This document shows, in pieces, positions 9,534 to 20,439 of a stretch of 64,000 bases of DNA. This DNA is from Escherichia phage ZCEC14: sequence record OP168898.1. One strand, given 5' to 3'. Made by a program: the position numbers and the translations under genes. Below the pieces are notes generated by a model. That model was not told the DNA's origin. It saw only the letters and a list, made by a program, of their open reading frames with translations, and made no database searches. Each line of letters starts with the position of its first letter. Within the stretch, counting starts at the first letter, position 1.

Positions 9534-12500
9534 TTATTCAATCCACTCAAATTTAACAGTTTTATTCACTGGGTCAGGAATAATGCGAACATTACCAATT
9601 CGTAAGAAATCACGAATAGTAAGATTACCTATTATTCCATTATCAGATGGGATTGCTCCTATATCCGAAGGTTGAGGAGGGTTACCTCCATCAAATACCT
9701 GAACAAAACTTGACCAAGAGTTTTTAGTTTTTTGCCATGTACGTGTCCAGCGAGTGGTACGTGCTTCTGGAGTCGTTGGATAAGTAATCCAATCTTGGTA
9801 AAGTGAATCAAGTGTGTTACCAAACTGAGTCAATGTACCAGGAGATTTAACTTCTTCGCCACGTTCTAAGTATGGAAGTCCAGTAACTTCATTAGTTTTT
9901 TCAACCATTTTAAAATAACCCGGGAACTGGTTATAAGTGGCTGAATCATTAATATCGATTGACCAGAATCCTACAGTATCAGATGTCGGCGCACGAGTAT
10001 ATAAATCAGATGTTTTAACACCTTGAGAACGAATTCTCGAGTTAACAGTTAAACCACCTGAATTTATAGTAGCACCTTTAGCAATGATCAAGCTTTCACC
10101 AATTGTGACCTGCCCAGATTGATTATTAATGGACAATGGACGTAATCCATTAAATCCACCAGTTTGATTGCCTGATGCAGTAAGCATAAAATTCGTTACT
10201 GACCCGTCATTACGAATAATGAAACCATAATTTCCGTTAATAGCACGGAAAGCATTTGCGCTTCGAGAAATAATTTCACCAGTTGCAGTGACTGAATTAC
10301 CAAATGTTGCTACACCATTTGCATTCAATGTTCCTGAAGCATTAACATTTATCGGTGTTACTGTACCGTTGATATTAAATGTTATATTTCCAGCTTTATT
10401 ACGCTGAGAATAAAAATGACTAGACGTTTCATCACTAACTTCAAATACGGTAGAACGTGTTGTGTCTGATTCCCCACTAAATTGATTTCCCCACACTCTG
10501 ACAGTCATCGTTTGAGCCGGGTTTGTTCCAGTTTGAGGTCCTTTCTCAAAAATCAGACGAGTTGCCGTTCTAGTATTAGAAATAGTTAATGTACTATTTG
10601 CTGAAACTGATCCACCGAATGTAGCAGTACTAGATGATACAAGAGGGGCACTCAGATTCGTTTGTTGGGTTAAGGTTAGTGAACCATTAACTGTTTGTGC
10701 AATGTCCCTACGAATGAACTGGAGCGAATCTAGACCATCTAATAAATTACTATCTACAGCTTTTGCTTTTAATGGCAAATAATTTGCTAATACGCGATTT
10801 AATTCATATGGTGATACTGCATAACCATTTTTCTCGTATAATTCTAATGACTGCGTTGAACCAACGGTATCATTACCAACGAATGTAATTGAACCAGATG
10901 AAGTTTTAACAAACCCTCTTATCAGAGTAGTTGCTGCCCAAGTAGGTTCACTCTGCACAATCCATTTTAAATTTTTTGGAGATACAGCAGTATTTGCTGA
11001 CGTTCCAGTCACAGTTTCAGACTGAGTTGCAACTTTAATAACACCTTCTTGTGCTTCAGTAGATTTAGTACCTAAAAGCTTTTTAGGAGTTATCAAAACA
11101 TTATCTAATGTTCCTGCAGCAGCTTCAACTTGTGTAGCTACACGAAGTGTACCACGTTGTGTCTCGTTTGCTTCAAGAATATTAAGGGTATAATGGTCCC
11201 AGAGAGTTCCTGATTCAACTAATCCAGATAGAGCAACAACAGAAGTACGATCAGTACTATTAAATCTGGTTTTAATTTTTAATGGTGTAGAGATACGAGT
11301 ATCGTCGACGCCTGCGTCGAATTCAACTTGCGTAGCAATTTCAGCTATACCACTTAAACTTTCAGTTGCTATACGGTCATTTAAAGTTTTCGGAGTGACT
11401 GCACGAGTGTAATCAGTTCCTGTATTAACTTCACTTTGCGTAGCAATTTCAATTAAACCAATTCTTCCATCAGTTGATGTCTTTTTATGTAACGTTTCTG
11501 GCGTTACAACCGCATTTGCCCATCCTTCTTGGCTTTGTCCAGCAATTACTTCACTTTCAACTGCTAAAATTACTGCACCTTGTTGTGTTGGAGTAGCTTT
11601 ATACTGATCCAGAGCTTTAGGCGAAACAACTAAATTATTAGTGTTTTTATTATAAACGTTTGTACCATTTAATTCACGACTAGAAGCTGGAGTAGCTCCT
11701 GCGGTAGATACAAAGGTTACAATACCCGATAATGATTCAGAACCTTGTCGAGCTTGAAGCTTTTTAGGAGTGATGATTGTAGTATCATCAGTACCTGTAT
11801 TAGTTTCCTGTTGCGTAGCAATTTCAGCAACGCCTCTACGAGTTTCTGTAGCAGTTCTTTCATTCAGCTTTTTAGGAGTGATGATAATATCATCAGCAAA
11901 AGAGAATGTGGTGTTCTGATTCACTTGAGCAGTAGTTGCTATTCTTGCGATACCTCTACGAGTTTCTGTAGCAGTACGGTTAGCTAATGTTTCTGGTGTA
12001 ATTGCTAATTCTTTTTGTGGAGAATTTTCTAAATCAGCATTTGCTTGAGCTTGCGTAGCTAAAGCAATTACGCCTAATCTTGCTCTAGTAGAAGCATTTA
12101 AAGAGTCTACTCTTTCTACAGTTGGAACGTTTTGCTGTACAACCCAGTATTTTCCATCAGAATCTTCTATATAAGCAAGTTGTAAAACTGGAACATAATT
12201 AGTTTCACCGTTAAAAACTAATTCTTGAACTGTTACCCATTCAGCTTCAGGCGGATATTCTGAACGTTTTGGGAATTGCAGCAATTGAACTGAAGAAGCA
12301 ATTTTATCTTCACCGGCAGCTTTGATTTTAACTGTTTGTCCTTTTCTCATGTAATTCATGGAAATTTTGACAGTATCACCAACAGAAATATCAGTCGGAA
12401 GCTGAAGTTCAATTGTTTGGGGTGTTCCATTATTCGCACCAAACACCATGACTTCTTCATTTGGACGAATATTAGAATTAGTTGTTATAATGCGTAAACG

Positions 12501-13403
12501 TGCTTTACTATCCCCGTCAAACAATCTCCACAATTTCTCATTATCATCAAACATCAAGAAACCGTCAATCGATGTACGGCCTTCAATGGAATGAGTTCCA
12601 ACTTCTTGTACTGAAGTTGTTTCATCATATGTCGTGACAATTGTATGATAAAGTGGATTTAATTTATCCAAATCAACGAAATTAATAATATCGCCATGAT
12701 TAGCAAATCTCGGAAGTTTAATATTAATCGGCGCAGCGGAAGTAAATCTACGCACGATAAAATCATTAGATTGTGCTTGATATGCAGTCGATGGAGTAAC
12801 AATCGCAGCTTCTCTGCTATAATCAGCAACATACATTTGCCACAAACGATTATTAAAAATGAATATCATTTGTGACTTTGGATGAGTCATTAGAACTGAA
12901 CGTACCTGTTCACCTCTAAAATTAACAATACTCTGATTTGAAGAATTTATTTTAACCTGATTTATACCAGGTTTTCCACCAATATCTTGAATTATTACGG
13001 TTTCTCCATCAAGAGGAGAAGGTGGTAAATTAAACTCAATGTCATTACCAACTGATGTATCTACTGAAATTGCTTCTCCGGATTTTAATTGATACGGTCC
13101 AGATGATACGGTTGTATATACGGCATCAGTACGCAATGCTTTCCAACGAATTCTATTAAAACTTCCAGCGGGTTTTGGAATATCATTTATAGCAGCCCAA
13201 AAGCGGTTATTATAAATGATTACAAAATCTTTTAAATATCCACGAGTTGGATCATATTGTTGAACTGTGTTTTCTTGAATTAAGTAATCAACGTTAACAC
13301 CGTCAGTTCCTACGGTACGATCAGCTAAAGCTACGTTGATTATTTTATCGCCACCTGCGTCCAGACCATCTTCTGCTCTGAACTTTCTTTTAATCTCGGC
13401 CAT
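9534..13403 (-). CDS. 34: gp34 long tail fibre proximal subunit
   Basis: 1289-aa ORF, same length as T4 gp34; N-terminus MAEIKRKFRAEDGLDAGGDKIINVALADRT... Confidence 0.95.
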   Translation of the reverse strand: MAEIKRKFRAEDGLDAGGDKIINVALADRTVGTDGVNVDYLIQENTVQQYDPTRGYLKDFVIIYNNRFWAAINDIPKPAGSFNRIRWKALRTDAVYTTVSSGPYQLKSGEAISVDTSVGNDIEFNLPPSPLDGETVIIQDIGGKPGINQVKINSSNQSIVNFRGEQVRSVLMTHPKSQMIFIFNNRLWQMYVADYSREAAIVTPSTAYQAQSNDFIVRRFTSAAPINIKLPRFANHGDIINFVDLDKLNPLYHTIVTTYDETTSVQEVGTHSIEGRTSIDGFLMFDDNEKLWRLFDGDSKARLRIITTNSNIRPNEEVMVFGANNGTPQTIELQLPTDISVGDTVKISMNYMRKGQTVKIKAAGEDKIASSVQLLQFPKRSEYPPEAEWVTVQELVFNGETNYVPVLQLAYIEDSDGKYWVVQQNVPTVERVDSLNASTRARLGVIALATQAQANADLENSPQKELAITPETLANRTATETRRGIARIATTAQVNQNTTFSFADDIIITPKKLNERTATETRRGVAEIATQQETNTGTDDTTIITPKKLQARQGSESLSGIVTFVSTAGATPASSRELNGTNVYNKNTNNLVVSPKALDQYKATPTQQGAVILAVESEVIAGQSQEGWANAVVTPETLHKKTSTDGRIGLIEIATQSEVNTGTDYTRAVTPKTLNDRIATESLSGIAEIATQVEFDAGVDDTRISTPLKIKTRFNSTDRTSVVALSGLVESGTLWDHYTLNILEANETQRGTLRVATQVEAAAGTLDNVLITPKKLLGTKSTEAQEGVIKVATQSETVTGTSANTAVSPKNLKWIVQSEPTWAATTLIRGFVKTSSGSITFVGNDTVGSTQSLELYEKNGYAVSPYELNRVLANYLPLKAKAVDSNLLDGLDSLQFIRRDIAQTVNGSLTLTQQTNLSAPLVSSSTATFGGSVSANSTLTISNTRTATRLIFEKGPQTGTNPAQTMTVRVWGNQFSGESDTTRSTVFEVSDETSSHFYSQRNKAGNITFNINGTVTPINVNASGTLNANGVATFGNSVTATGEIISRSANAFRAINGNYGFIIRNDGSVTNFMLTASGNQTGGFNGLRPLSINNQSGQVTIGESLIIAKGATINSGGLTVNSRIRSQGVKTSDLYTRAPTSDTVGFWSIDINDSATYNQFPGYFKMVEKTNEVTGLPYLERGEEVKSPGTLTQFGNTLDSLYQDWITYPTTPEARTTRWTRTWQKTKNSWSSFVQVFDGGNPPQPSDIGAIPSDNGIIGNLTIRDFLRIGNVRIIPDPVNKTVKFEWIE

Positions 13404-13437
13404 TCTCCCGGGCTCCTATTGTGTTTTCAATAATAAG

Positions 13438-13445
13438 TATTTATA
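13438..13445 (-). promoter_or_regulatory. late promoter (TATAAATA) for gene 34
   Basis: TATAAATA on the - strand about 35 nt upstream of the gene 34 ATG. Confidence 0.65.
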
Positions 13446-13448
13446 CCT

Positions 13449-13478
13449 GTTTACTTTAAGATTTAGATAGTATATAAT
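13449..13478 (+). promoter_or_regulatory. early promoter for rnh
   Basis: GTTTACT 13449-13455, 17-nt spacer, TATAAT 13473-13478; back to back with the gene 34 late promoter. Confidence 0.6.
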
Positions 13479-13507
13479 AGAAATCTCACTAATTGAACGA
13501 GGTTCAT

Positions 13508-14425
13508 ATGGATTTAGAAATGATGCTGGATGAAGATTACAAAGAAGGAATTTGCTTAATTGACTTTAGTCAAATTGCTCTTTCAACTGCTCTGGTAAAC
13601 TTCCCAGATAAAGAAAAAATTAATTTATCAATGGTTCGTCATTTGATATTGAACTCAATTAAGTTTAATGTCAAAAAAGCAAAAACGCTTGGATACACTA
13701 AAATTGTACTGTGTATTGATAACGCGAAATCTGGATACTGGCGTCGTGATTTCGCTTATTATTATAAGAAAAACCGTGGAAAAGCACGAGAAGAATCTAC
13801 TTGGGACTGGGAAGGTTATTTTGAATCCAGTCATAAAGTTATAGATGAATTGAAAGCTTATATGCCATATATTGTTATGGATATTGATAAGTATGAAGCA
13901 GATGACCACATTGCTGTTCTTGTTAAAAAGTTCTCTTTAGAAGGACATAAGATTTTAATCATTTCATCGGACGGTGACTTTACTCAACTTCACAAATATC
14001 CAAATGTTAAGCAATGGTCACCGATGCATAAGAAATGGGTTAAAATTAAAAGCGGTTCTGCTGAAATTGATTGTATGACTAAAATCCTTAAAGGCGACAA
14101 AAAGGATAACGTTGCTTCAGTTAAAGTACGATCTGACTTTTGGTTTACCAGAGTTGAAGGTGAACGGACTCCTTCAATGAAAACTTCAATCGTTGAAGCT
14201 ATTGCTAATGACCGTGAGCAAGCTAAGGTGCTTCTCACAGAATCTGAATATAATCGTTATAAAGAAAATTTAGTTCTAATTGATTTTGATTATATTCCTG
14301 ATAATATTGCTTCAAACATTGTGAATTACTATAATTCATATAAATTACCACCGCGTGGCAAAATTTATTCATATTTTGTAAAAGCGGGTCTTTCTAAATT
14401 AACTAATAGCATTAATGAATTTTGA
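13508..14425 (+). CDS. rnh: RNase H (5'-3' exonuclease/flap endonuclease)
   Basis: 305 aa from the ATG at 13508 (GAGGT SD); matches recalled T4 RNase H (MDLEMMLDEDYKEGICLIDFSQIALS...); track start 13493 is upstream in frame. Confidence 0.9.
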   Translation: MDLEMMLDEDYKEGICLIDFSQIALSTALVNFPDKEKINLSMVRHLILNSIKFNVKKAKTLGYTKIVLCIDNAKSGYWRRDFAYYYKKNRGKAREESTWDWEGYFESSHKVIDELKAYMPYIVMDIDKYEADDHIAVLVKKFSLEGHKILIISSDGDFTQLHKYPNVKQWSPMHKKWVKIKSGSAEIDCMTKILKGDKKDNVASVKVRSDFWFTRVEGERTPSMKTSIVEAIANDREQAKVLLTESEYNRYKENLVLIDFDYIPDNIASNIVNYYNSYKLPPRGKIYSYFVKAGLSKLTNSINEF

Positions 14426-14433
14426 GGTGAATA

Positions 14434-14703
14434 ATGGCTAAAAAAGAAATTGTTGAATTTGATGAAGCTATCCATGGCGAAGACTTGGCTAAATTTATTA
14501 AAGAAGCATCTGATCATAAACTGAAAATTTCTGGTTATAATGAACTGATTAAAGATATTCGAATTCGTGCTAAAGATGAACTTGGCGTTGATGGTAAGAT
14601 GTTTAATCGTCTATTAGCTTTGTATCATAAAGATAACCGTGATGTGTTTGAAGCTGAAACTGAAGAGGTAGTTGAACTTTATGACACAGTTTTCTCTAAA
14701 TGA
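14434..14703 (+). CDS. dsbA: DsbA, dsDNA-binding late transcription enhancer
   Basis: 89-aa ORF matching recalled T4 DsbA (MAKKEIVEFDEAIHGEDLAKFIKE...). Confidence 0.85.
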   Translation: MAKKEIVEFDEAIHGEDLAKFIKEASDHKLKISGYNELIKDIRIRAKDELGVDGKMFNRLLALYHKDNRDVFEAETEEVVELYDTVFSK

Positions 14704-15019
14704 TATTCGTCCGGTCGATGAGACCGGTCTTTCAGAAAAAGAACTTTCAATTAAGAAAGAAAAGGATGAAATAGCAAAGCTTCTTGATCGTCAAGAAAAC
14801 GGATTTATTATTGAAAAAATGGTAGAAGAGTTTGGAATGAGTTATCTTGAAGCTACAACAGCATTCTTAGAAGAAAACTCTATTCCTGAAACTCAATTTG
14901 CTAAATTTATTCCTTCGGGTATAATTGAAAAAATTCAGTCAGAAGCTATTGACGAAAATCTTTTACGTCCTTCTGTTGTTCGTTGTGAAAAAACTAATAC
15001 ATTAGATTTTCTACTATGA
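14681..15019 (+). CDS. 33: gp33 late transcription co-activator
   Basis: 112 aa from the ATG at 14681 (MTQFSLNDIRPV...), overlapping the dsbA 3' end; T4 length. Confidence 0.85.
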   Translation: MTQFSLNDIRPVDETGLSEKELSIKKEKDEIAKLLDRQENGFIIEKMVEEFGMSYLEATTAFLEENSIPETQFAKFIPSGIIEKIQSEAIDENLLRPSVVRCEKTNTLDFLL

Positions 15020-15669
15020 TTAAACTCCGCATGCCTGCTGGTGGTGAAAGATACATTGATGGTAAATCAGTTTATAAATTATACTTAATGATAAAACAAC
15101 ATATGAATGGAAAGTATGATGTAATTAAGTATAATTGGTGCATGCGGGTGTCTGATGCCGCTTATCAAAAGCGAAGGGATAAGTATTTTTTCCAGAAGTT
15201 ATCAGAAAAATATAAATTAAAGGAACTTGCTTTAATCTTTATAAGCAATTTGGTTGCTAACCAAGATGCTTGGATTGGTGACATCTCTGACGCTGATGCA
15301 CTTGTGTTTTATCGTGAATATATCGGACGCTTAAAGCAAATTAAATTTAAGTTTGAAGAAGATATTCGCAACATTTATTATTTTAGTAAAAAAGTTGAAG
15401 TTTCTTCTTTTAAAGAAATCTTTGAATATAATCCAAAGGTTCAGTCAAGTTATATTTTTAAACTTCTGCAATCGAATATAATTTCGTTTGAGACGTTTAT
15501 CTTGCTTGATTCGTTTTTAAATATAATTGATAAACATGATGAACAGACTGATAATTTAGTCTGGAATAATTATTCTGTAAAGTTAAAGGCTTATAGAAAA
15601 ATTTTAAATATTGATTCACAGAAAGCTAAAAATGTTTTCATTGAAACTGTGAAATCTTGTAAGTATTAA
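15016..15669 (+). CDS. 59: gp59 helicase loader
   Basis: 217-aa ORF matching recalled T4 gp59 (MIKLRMPAGGERYIDGKSVYKLY...). Confidence 0.9.
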   Translation: MIKLRMPAGGERYIDGKSVYKLYLMIKQHMNGKYDVIKYNWCMRVSDAAYQKRRDKYFFQKLSEKYKLKELALIFISNLVANQDAWIGDISDADALVFYREYIGRLKQIKFKFEEDIRNIYYFSKKVEVSSFKEIFEYNPKVQSSYIFKLLQSNIISFETFILLDSFLNIIDKHDEQTDNLVWNNYSVKLKAYRKILNIDSQKAKNVFIETVKSCKY

Positions 15670-15670
15670 T

Positions 15671-15694
15671 TGCTTATTATAAATAGATTATAAT
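15671..15694 (+). promoter_or_regulatory. candidate MotA-dependent middle promoter for gene 32
   Basis: TTGCTTAT MotA-box-like element 11-12 nt upstream of TATAAT (15689-15694); imperfect box. Confidence 0.3.
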
Positions 15695-15699
15695 TATCT

Positions 15700-15767
15700 C
15701 ACTGACCAGCTATGAGGTCATACATCGTCATAGCACCAACTGTTAATTAAATTAAAAGGAAATAAAA
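15700..15767 (+). promoter_or_regulatory. gene 32 translational operator (pseudoknot plus unstructured A/U-rich tract)
   Basis: nested complementarity TGACC/GGTCA and GCTATGA/TCATAGC at 15703-15735, then AU-rich AATTAAATTAAAAGGAAATAAAA before the ATG; matches the known T4 gene 32 autoregulatory leader. Confidence 0.6.
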
Positions 15768-16676
15768 ATGTTTAAACGTAAATCTACTGCTGAACTCGCT
15801 GCGCAAATGGCTAAACTGGCTGGAAATAAAGGTGGTTTTTCTTCTGAAGATAAAGGCGAGTGGAAACTGAAACTCGACAATGCGGGTAACGGTCAAGCAG
15901 TAATTCGTTTTCTTCCGTCTAAAAATGATGAACAAGCACCATTCGCAATTCTTGTAAATCACGGTTTCAAGAAAAATGGTAAATGGTATATTGAAAACTG
16001 TTCATCTACCCACGGCGATTACGATTCTTGTCCAGTATGTCAGTACATCAGTAAAAATGATCTGTACAATACTGACAATAAAGAGTACAGTCTTGTTAAA
16101 CGTAAAACTTCTTACTGGGCTAACATTCTTGTTGTAAAAGACCCAGCTGCTCCAGAAAATGAAGGTAAAGTATTTAAATACCGTTTCGGTAAGAAAATCT
16201 GGGATAAAATCAATGCAATGATTGCAGTTGATGTTGAAATGGGTGAAACTCCGGTTGATGTAACTTGTCCGTGGGAAGGTGCTAACTTTGTACTGAAAGT
16301 TAAACAAGTTTCTGGTTTTAGTAACTACGATGAATCTAAATTCCTGAATCAATCTGCGATTCCAAACATTGACGATGAATCTTTCCAGAAAGAACTGTTC
16401 GAACAAATGGTTGACCTTTCTGAAATGACTTCTAAAGATAAATTCAAATCGTTTGAAGAACTGAGCACTAAGTTCAGTCAAGTTATGGGAACTGCTGTGA
16501 TGGGTGGTGCCGCTGCAACTGCTGCTAAGAAAGCTGATAAAGTTGCTGATGATTTGGATGCATTCAATGTTGATGACTTCAATACAAAAACTGAAGATGA
16601 TTTTATGAGCTCAAGCTCTGGTAGTTCATCTAGTGCTGATGACACGGACTTGGATGACCTTTTGAATGACCTTTAA
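15768..16676 (+). CDS. 32: gp32 single-stranded DNA-binding protein
   Basis: 302-aa ORF matching recalled T4 gp32 ([17 protein letters not shown]...), acidic Ser/Asp-rich C-terminus. Confidence 0.95.
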   Translation: MFKRKSTAELAAQMAKLAGNKGGFSSEDKGEWKLKLDNAGNGQAVIRFLPSKNDEQAPFAILVNHGFKKNGKWYIENCSSTHGDYDSCPVCQYISKNDLYNTDNKEYSLVKRKTSYWANILVVKDPAAPENEGKVFKYRFGKKIWDKINAMIAVDVEMGETPVDVTCPWEGANFVLKVKQVSGFSNYDESKFLNQSAIPNIDDESFQKELFEQMVDLSEMTSKDKFKSFEELSTKFSQVMGTAVMGGAAATAAKKADKVADDLDAFNVDDFNTKTEDDFMSSSSGSSSSADDTDLDDLLNDL

Positions 16677-16698
16677 TAGATTATATTACTAATTAATT

Positions 16699-16727
16699 GG
16701 GGACCCTAGAGGTCCCCTTTTTTATTT
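16699..16727 (+). terminator. rho-independent terminator after gene 32
   Basis: GGGGACC-CTAGA-GGTCCCC then TTTTTTATTT. Confidence 0.7.
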
Positions 16728-16786
16728 CAAAATTTTTTCACAAAACGGTTTACAACCAAAGCATACTGTGGTACTATACAACTATC
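16718..16786 (+). repeat. promoter-leader repeat family A, copy 2
   Basis: near-identical to 228-297. Confidence 0.85.
16748..16777 (+). promoter_or_regulatory. T4-type early promoter
   Basis: GTTTACA 16748-16754, 17-nt spacer, TACTAT 16772-16777. Confidence 0.6.
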
Positions 16787-16820
16787 GGCAATACTGCTGA
16801 TAATTAAAGAGGAAAATAAT

Positions 16821-17048
16821 ATGGCTAAAATTGATATTGATGTTGTTGATTTTGAATATATTGAAGAAATTATTCGTAATCGTTATCCTGAACTTAGTAT
16901 CATAAGCGCATTAGATGATCCTAATTGTAATGTTTCAGTTGTTATTGAAGGTCCTTTAGATCGTCTTAAACAGTTTATGGTTAATGAATACTGCGACGGT
17001 ATGGATGCTGAAGATGTAGAATTTTACACAGGATTTATTGAACAGTAA
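16821..17048 (+). CDS. hypothetical early protein, 75 aa (frd.3 position)
   Basis: ATG ORF with AAGAGGAAAA SD; acidic. Confidence 0.55.
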   Translation: MAKIDIDVVDFEYIEEIIRNRYPELSIISALDDPNCNVSVVIEGPLDRLKQFMVNEYCDGMDAEDVEFYTGFIEQ

Positions 17049-17093
17049 TTATTAAGGGGCTATAATAGCCCCTATTAAAATGAGGAAAACGTA

Positions 17094-17459
17094 ATGTATA
17101 CCGGTAAAAAGTATGAACTTGTTCCAAGACTTATTGATACATTTATTAATTATCGCCCACGTTCTAATTCAGCAATAGTTAAAATTATTCAAGAAAATGG
17201 CGGATGGTTTGAAGTTAAAGAAGCTTTCTTTGTTGATGGATTTAGAGTAATAAAACACATTGAATGCGCAAATGGAAAGCATTTTTACTTTAACGTTTGT
17301 GAAGACGAATTTCATTGTTTTCGTGAGTATAAAGAACCGACTTCTGAAGAAGATGAAGTTGAAGACAAAGTTTCTGGCGTAACAAAAATTCACTGCATTG
17401 TAGATGAAAACAATGTAGACGAAATCATTGAACTTTTGCGAAAAACTTTCAAAAAGTAG
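17094..17459 (+). CDS. hypothetical early protein, 121 aa (frd.2 position)
   Basis: ATG ORF with GAGGAAAA SD; preceded by the hairpin GGGGCTAT-TAA-ATAGCCCC. Confidence 0.55.
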   Translation: MYTGKKYELVPRLIDTFINYRPRSNSAIVKIIQENGGWFEVKEAFFVDGFRVIKHIECANGKHFYFNVCEDEFHCFREYKEPTSEEDEVEDKVSGVTKIHCIVDENNVDEIIELLRKTFKK

Positions 17460-17488
17460 TTTACAGTAGGGTAGTAGTGTGATACTAT
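17459..17488 (+). promoter_or_regulatory. early promoter
   Basis: GTTTACA 17459-17465, 17-nt spacer, TACTAT 17483-17488. Confidence 0.5.
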
Positions 17489-17514
17489 TACCTTATCAAC
17501 TTGAGGAGAATAAA

Positions 17515-17757
17515 ATGAGATTACAACGTCAGAGCATCAAAGATTCGGAAGTTAGAGGTAAATGGTATTTTAATATCATCGGTAAAGATTCTGAACTTGT
17601 TGAAAAAGCTGAACATCTTTTACGTGATATGGGATGGGAAGATGAATGCGATGGATGTCCTCTTTATGAAGACGGAGAAAGCGCAGGATTCTGGATTTAC
17701 CATTCTGACGTTGAGCAGTTTAAAACTGATTGGAAAATTGTGAAAAAGTCTGTTTAA
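17515..17757 (+). CDS. hypothetical early protein, 80 aa
   Basis: ATG at 17515 after GAGGAG SD; the track ORF from 17479 starts with GTG inside the promoter, so the shorter form is preferred. Confidence 0.5.
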   Translation: MRLQRQSIKDSEVRGKWYFNIIGKDSELVEKAEHLLRDMGWEDECDGCPLYEDGESAGFWIYHSDVEQFKTDWKIVKKSV

Positions 17758-17767
17758 GGAAAATAAT

Positions 17768-18967
<1,200 letters not shown>

Positions 18968-19011
18968 TTATTAGCTTCATAAAATGTATTATAATTTATA
19001 TAAGGTACTAA

Positions 19012-19872
19012 ATGAAACAATACCAAGATTTAATTAAAGACATTTTTGAAAATGGCTATGAAACCGATGACCGAACAGGCACAGGAACAATTGCTTTGTT
19101 CGGTACTAAATTACGCTGGGATTTAACTAAAGGTTTTCCTGCCGTAACAACTAAGAAGCTCGCCTGGAAAGCTTGCATTGCTGAGCTAATATGGTTTTTA
19201 TCGGGAAGCACAAATGTCAATGATTTGCGATTAATTCAACATGATTCATTAATTCAAGGCAAAACAGTCTGGGATGAAAATTACGAAAATCAAGCAAAAG
19301 ATTTAGGATACCATAGCGGTGAACTTGGTCCAATTTATGGAAAACAATGGCGCGATTTTGGCGGTGTAGACCAAATTATAGAAGTTATTGATCGTATTAA
19401 AAAACTGCCAAATGATAGGCGTCAAATTGTTTCTGCATGGAATCCAGCTGAACTTAAATATATGGCATTACCGCCTTGTCATATGTTCTATCAGTTTAAT
19501 GTGCGTAATGGCTATTTGGATTTGCAGTGGTATCAACGTTCGGTAGATGTTTTCCTTGGTCTTCCATTTAATATTGCATCATATGCTACGTTAGTTCATA
19601 TTGTAGCTAAGATGTGTAATCTTATTCCAGGAGATTTGATATTTTCTGGTGGTAATACTCATATCTATATGAATCACGTAGAACAATGTAAAGAAATTTT
19701 GAGGCGTGAACCTAAAGAGCTTTGTGAGTTGGTAATAAGTGGTCTACCTTATAAATTCCGATATCTTTCTACTAAAGAACAATTAAAATATGTTCTTAAA
19801 CTTAGACCTAAAGATTTCGTTCTTAACAACTATGTATCTCACCCGCCAATTAAAGGAAAGATGGCGGTATAA
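19012..19872 (+). CDS. td: thymidylate synthase, uninterrupted (no intron)
   Basis: continuous 286-aa ORF matching recalled T4 Td exons; active-site region ALPPCHMFYQF present. Confidence 0.95.
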   Translation: MKQYQDLIKDIFENGYETDDRTGTGTIALFGTKLRWDLTKGFPAVTTKKLAWKACIAELIWFLSGSTNVNDLRLIQHDSLIQGKTVWDENYENQAKDLGYHSGELGPIYGKQWRDFGGVDQIIEVIDRIKKLPNDRRQIVSAWNPAELKYMALPPCHMFYQFNVRNGYLDLQWYQRSVDVFLGLPFNIASYATLVHIVAKMCNLIPGDLIFSGGNTHIYMNHVEQCKEILRREPKELCELVISGLPYKFRYLSTKEQLKYVLKLRPKDFVLNNYVSHPPIKGKMAV

Positions 19873-19895
19873 TTTTAATTTAATTGAGAGGATAT

Positions 19896-20159
19896 ATGAT
19901 TTTACGATTTAAAGATACTTCTGGTGTAGTTCTTTTTACACTTCCTAACCCAAGCGAGTTAGAAGTTCCAGGACCAAATCAGCCTATTATCATTTATGGC
20001 AAAAAATATTATACTCATAAAATGACTCGTGAGTATTTTGATAATAAAATTTCCACAGTTAAAACTTCTTCTGACTGTTACTACGATATTACTGTTTTAA
20101 CGGAAAAACAATATGCCGAATTATCACCGCGCGGGCCGTCTATGTCGGGTAGTGAATAA
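19896..20159 (+). CDS. hypothetical protein, 87 aa
   Basis: ATG at 19896 after GAGAGGA SD (track start 19884 is TTG). Confidence 0.45.
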   Translation: MILRFKDTSGVVLFTLPNPSELEVPGPNQPIIIYGKKYYTHKMTREYFDNKISTVKTSSDCYYDITVLTEKQYAELSPRGPSMSGSE

Positions 20160-20439
20160 ATATAAATCCGACTTTGATGTTAATATTCACCGCGGTACAT
20201 TTTGGGGAAATTACGTCGGTAAAGATGCTGGCAGCCGGGAGGCTGCCATTGAATTATTCAAAAAAGATTTTATACGTCGAATTAAATCCGGAGAAATAAC
20301 TAAAGCACATTTAGAGCCTTTACGTGGAATGAGGCTAGGATGCACATGTAAACCAAAGCCGTGTCATGGTGATATAATAGCTCATATAGTTAACCGATTG
20401 TTTAAAGACGATTTTCAAGTTGAGGACTTATGCAATTAA
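20113..20439 (+). CDS. hypothetical protein with Cys/His motif, 108 aa (DUF4326-like)
   Basis: ATG ORF; motifs RGTFWGN and [13 protein letters not shown]; resemblance to the DUF4326 family is from memory, not a search. Confidence 0.45.
   Translation: MPNYHRAGRLCRVVNKYKSDFDVNIHRGTFWGNYVGKDAGSREAAIELFKKDFIRRIKSGEITKAHLEPLRGMRLGCTCKPKPCHGDIIAHIVNRLFKDDFQVEDLCN

Noticed and set aside
5041-12000. Numerous 60-80 aa antisense or alternate-frame ORFs inside genes 37 and 34 (e.g. 5041-5241, 5135-5317, 6266-6454, 6451-6636, 6464-6652, 6751-6975, 7353-7637, 11745-11987)
   Set aside because: Embedded in long, well-supported structural genes; no start signals; expected by chance in 3-4 kb ORFs.
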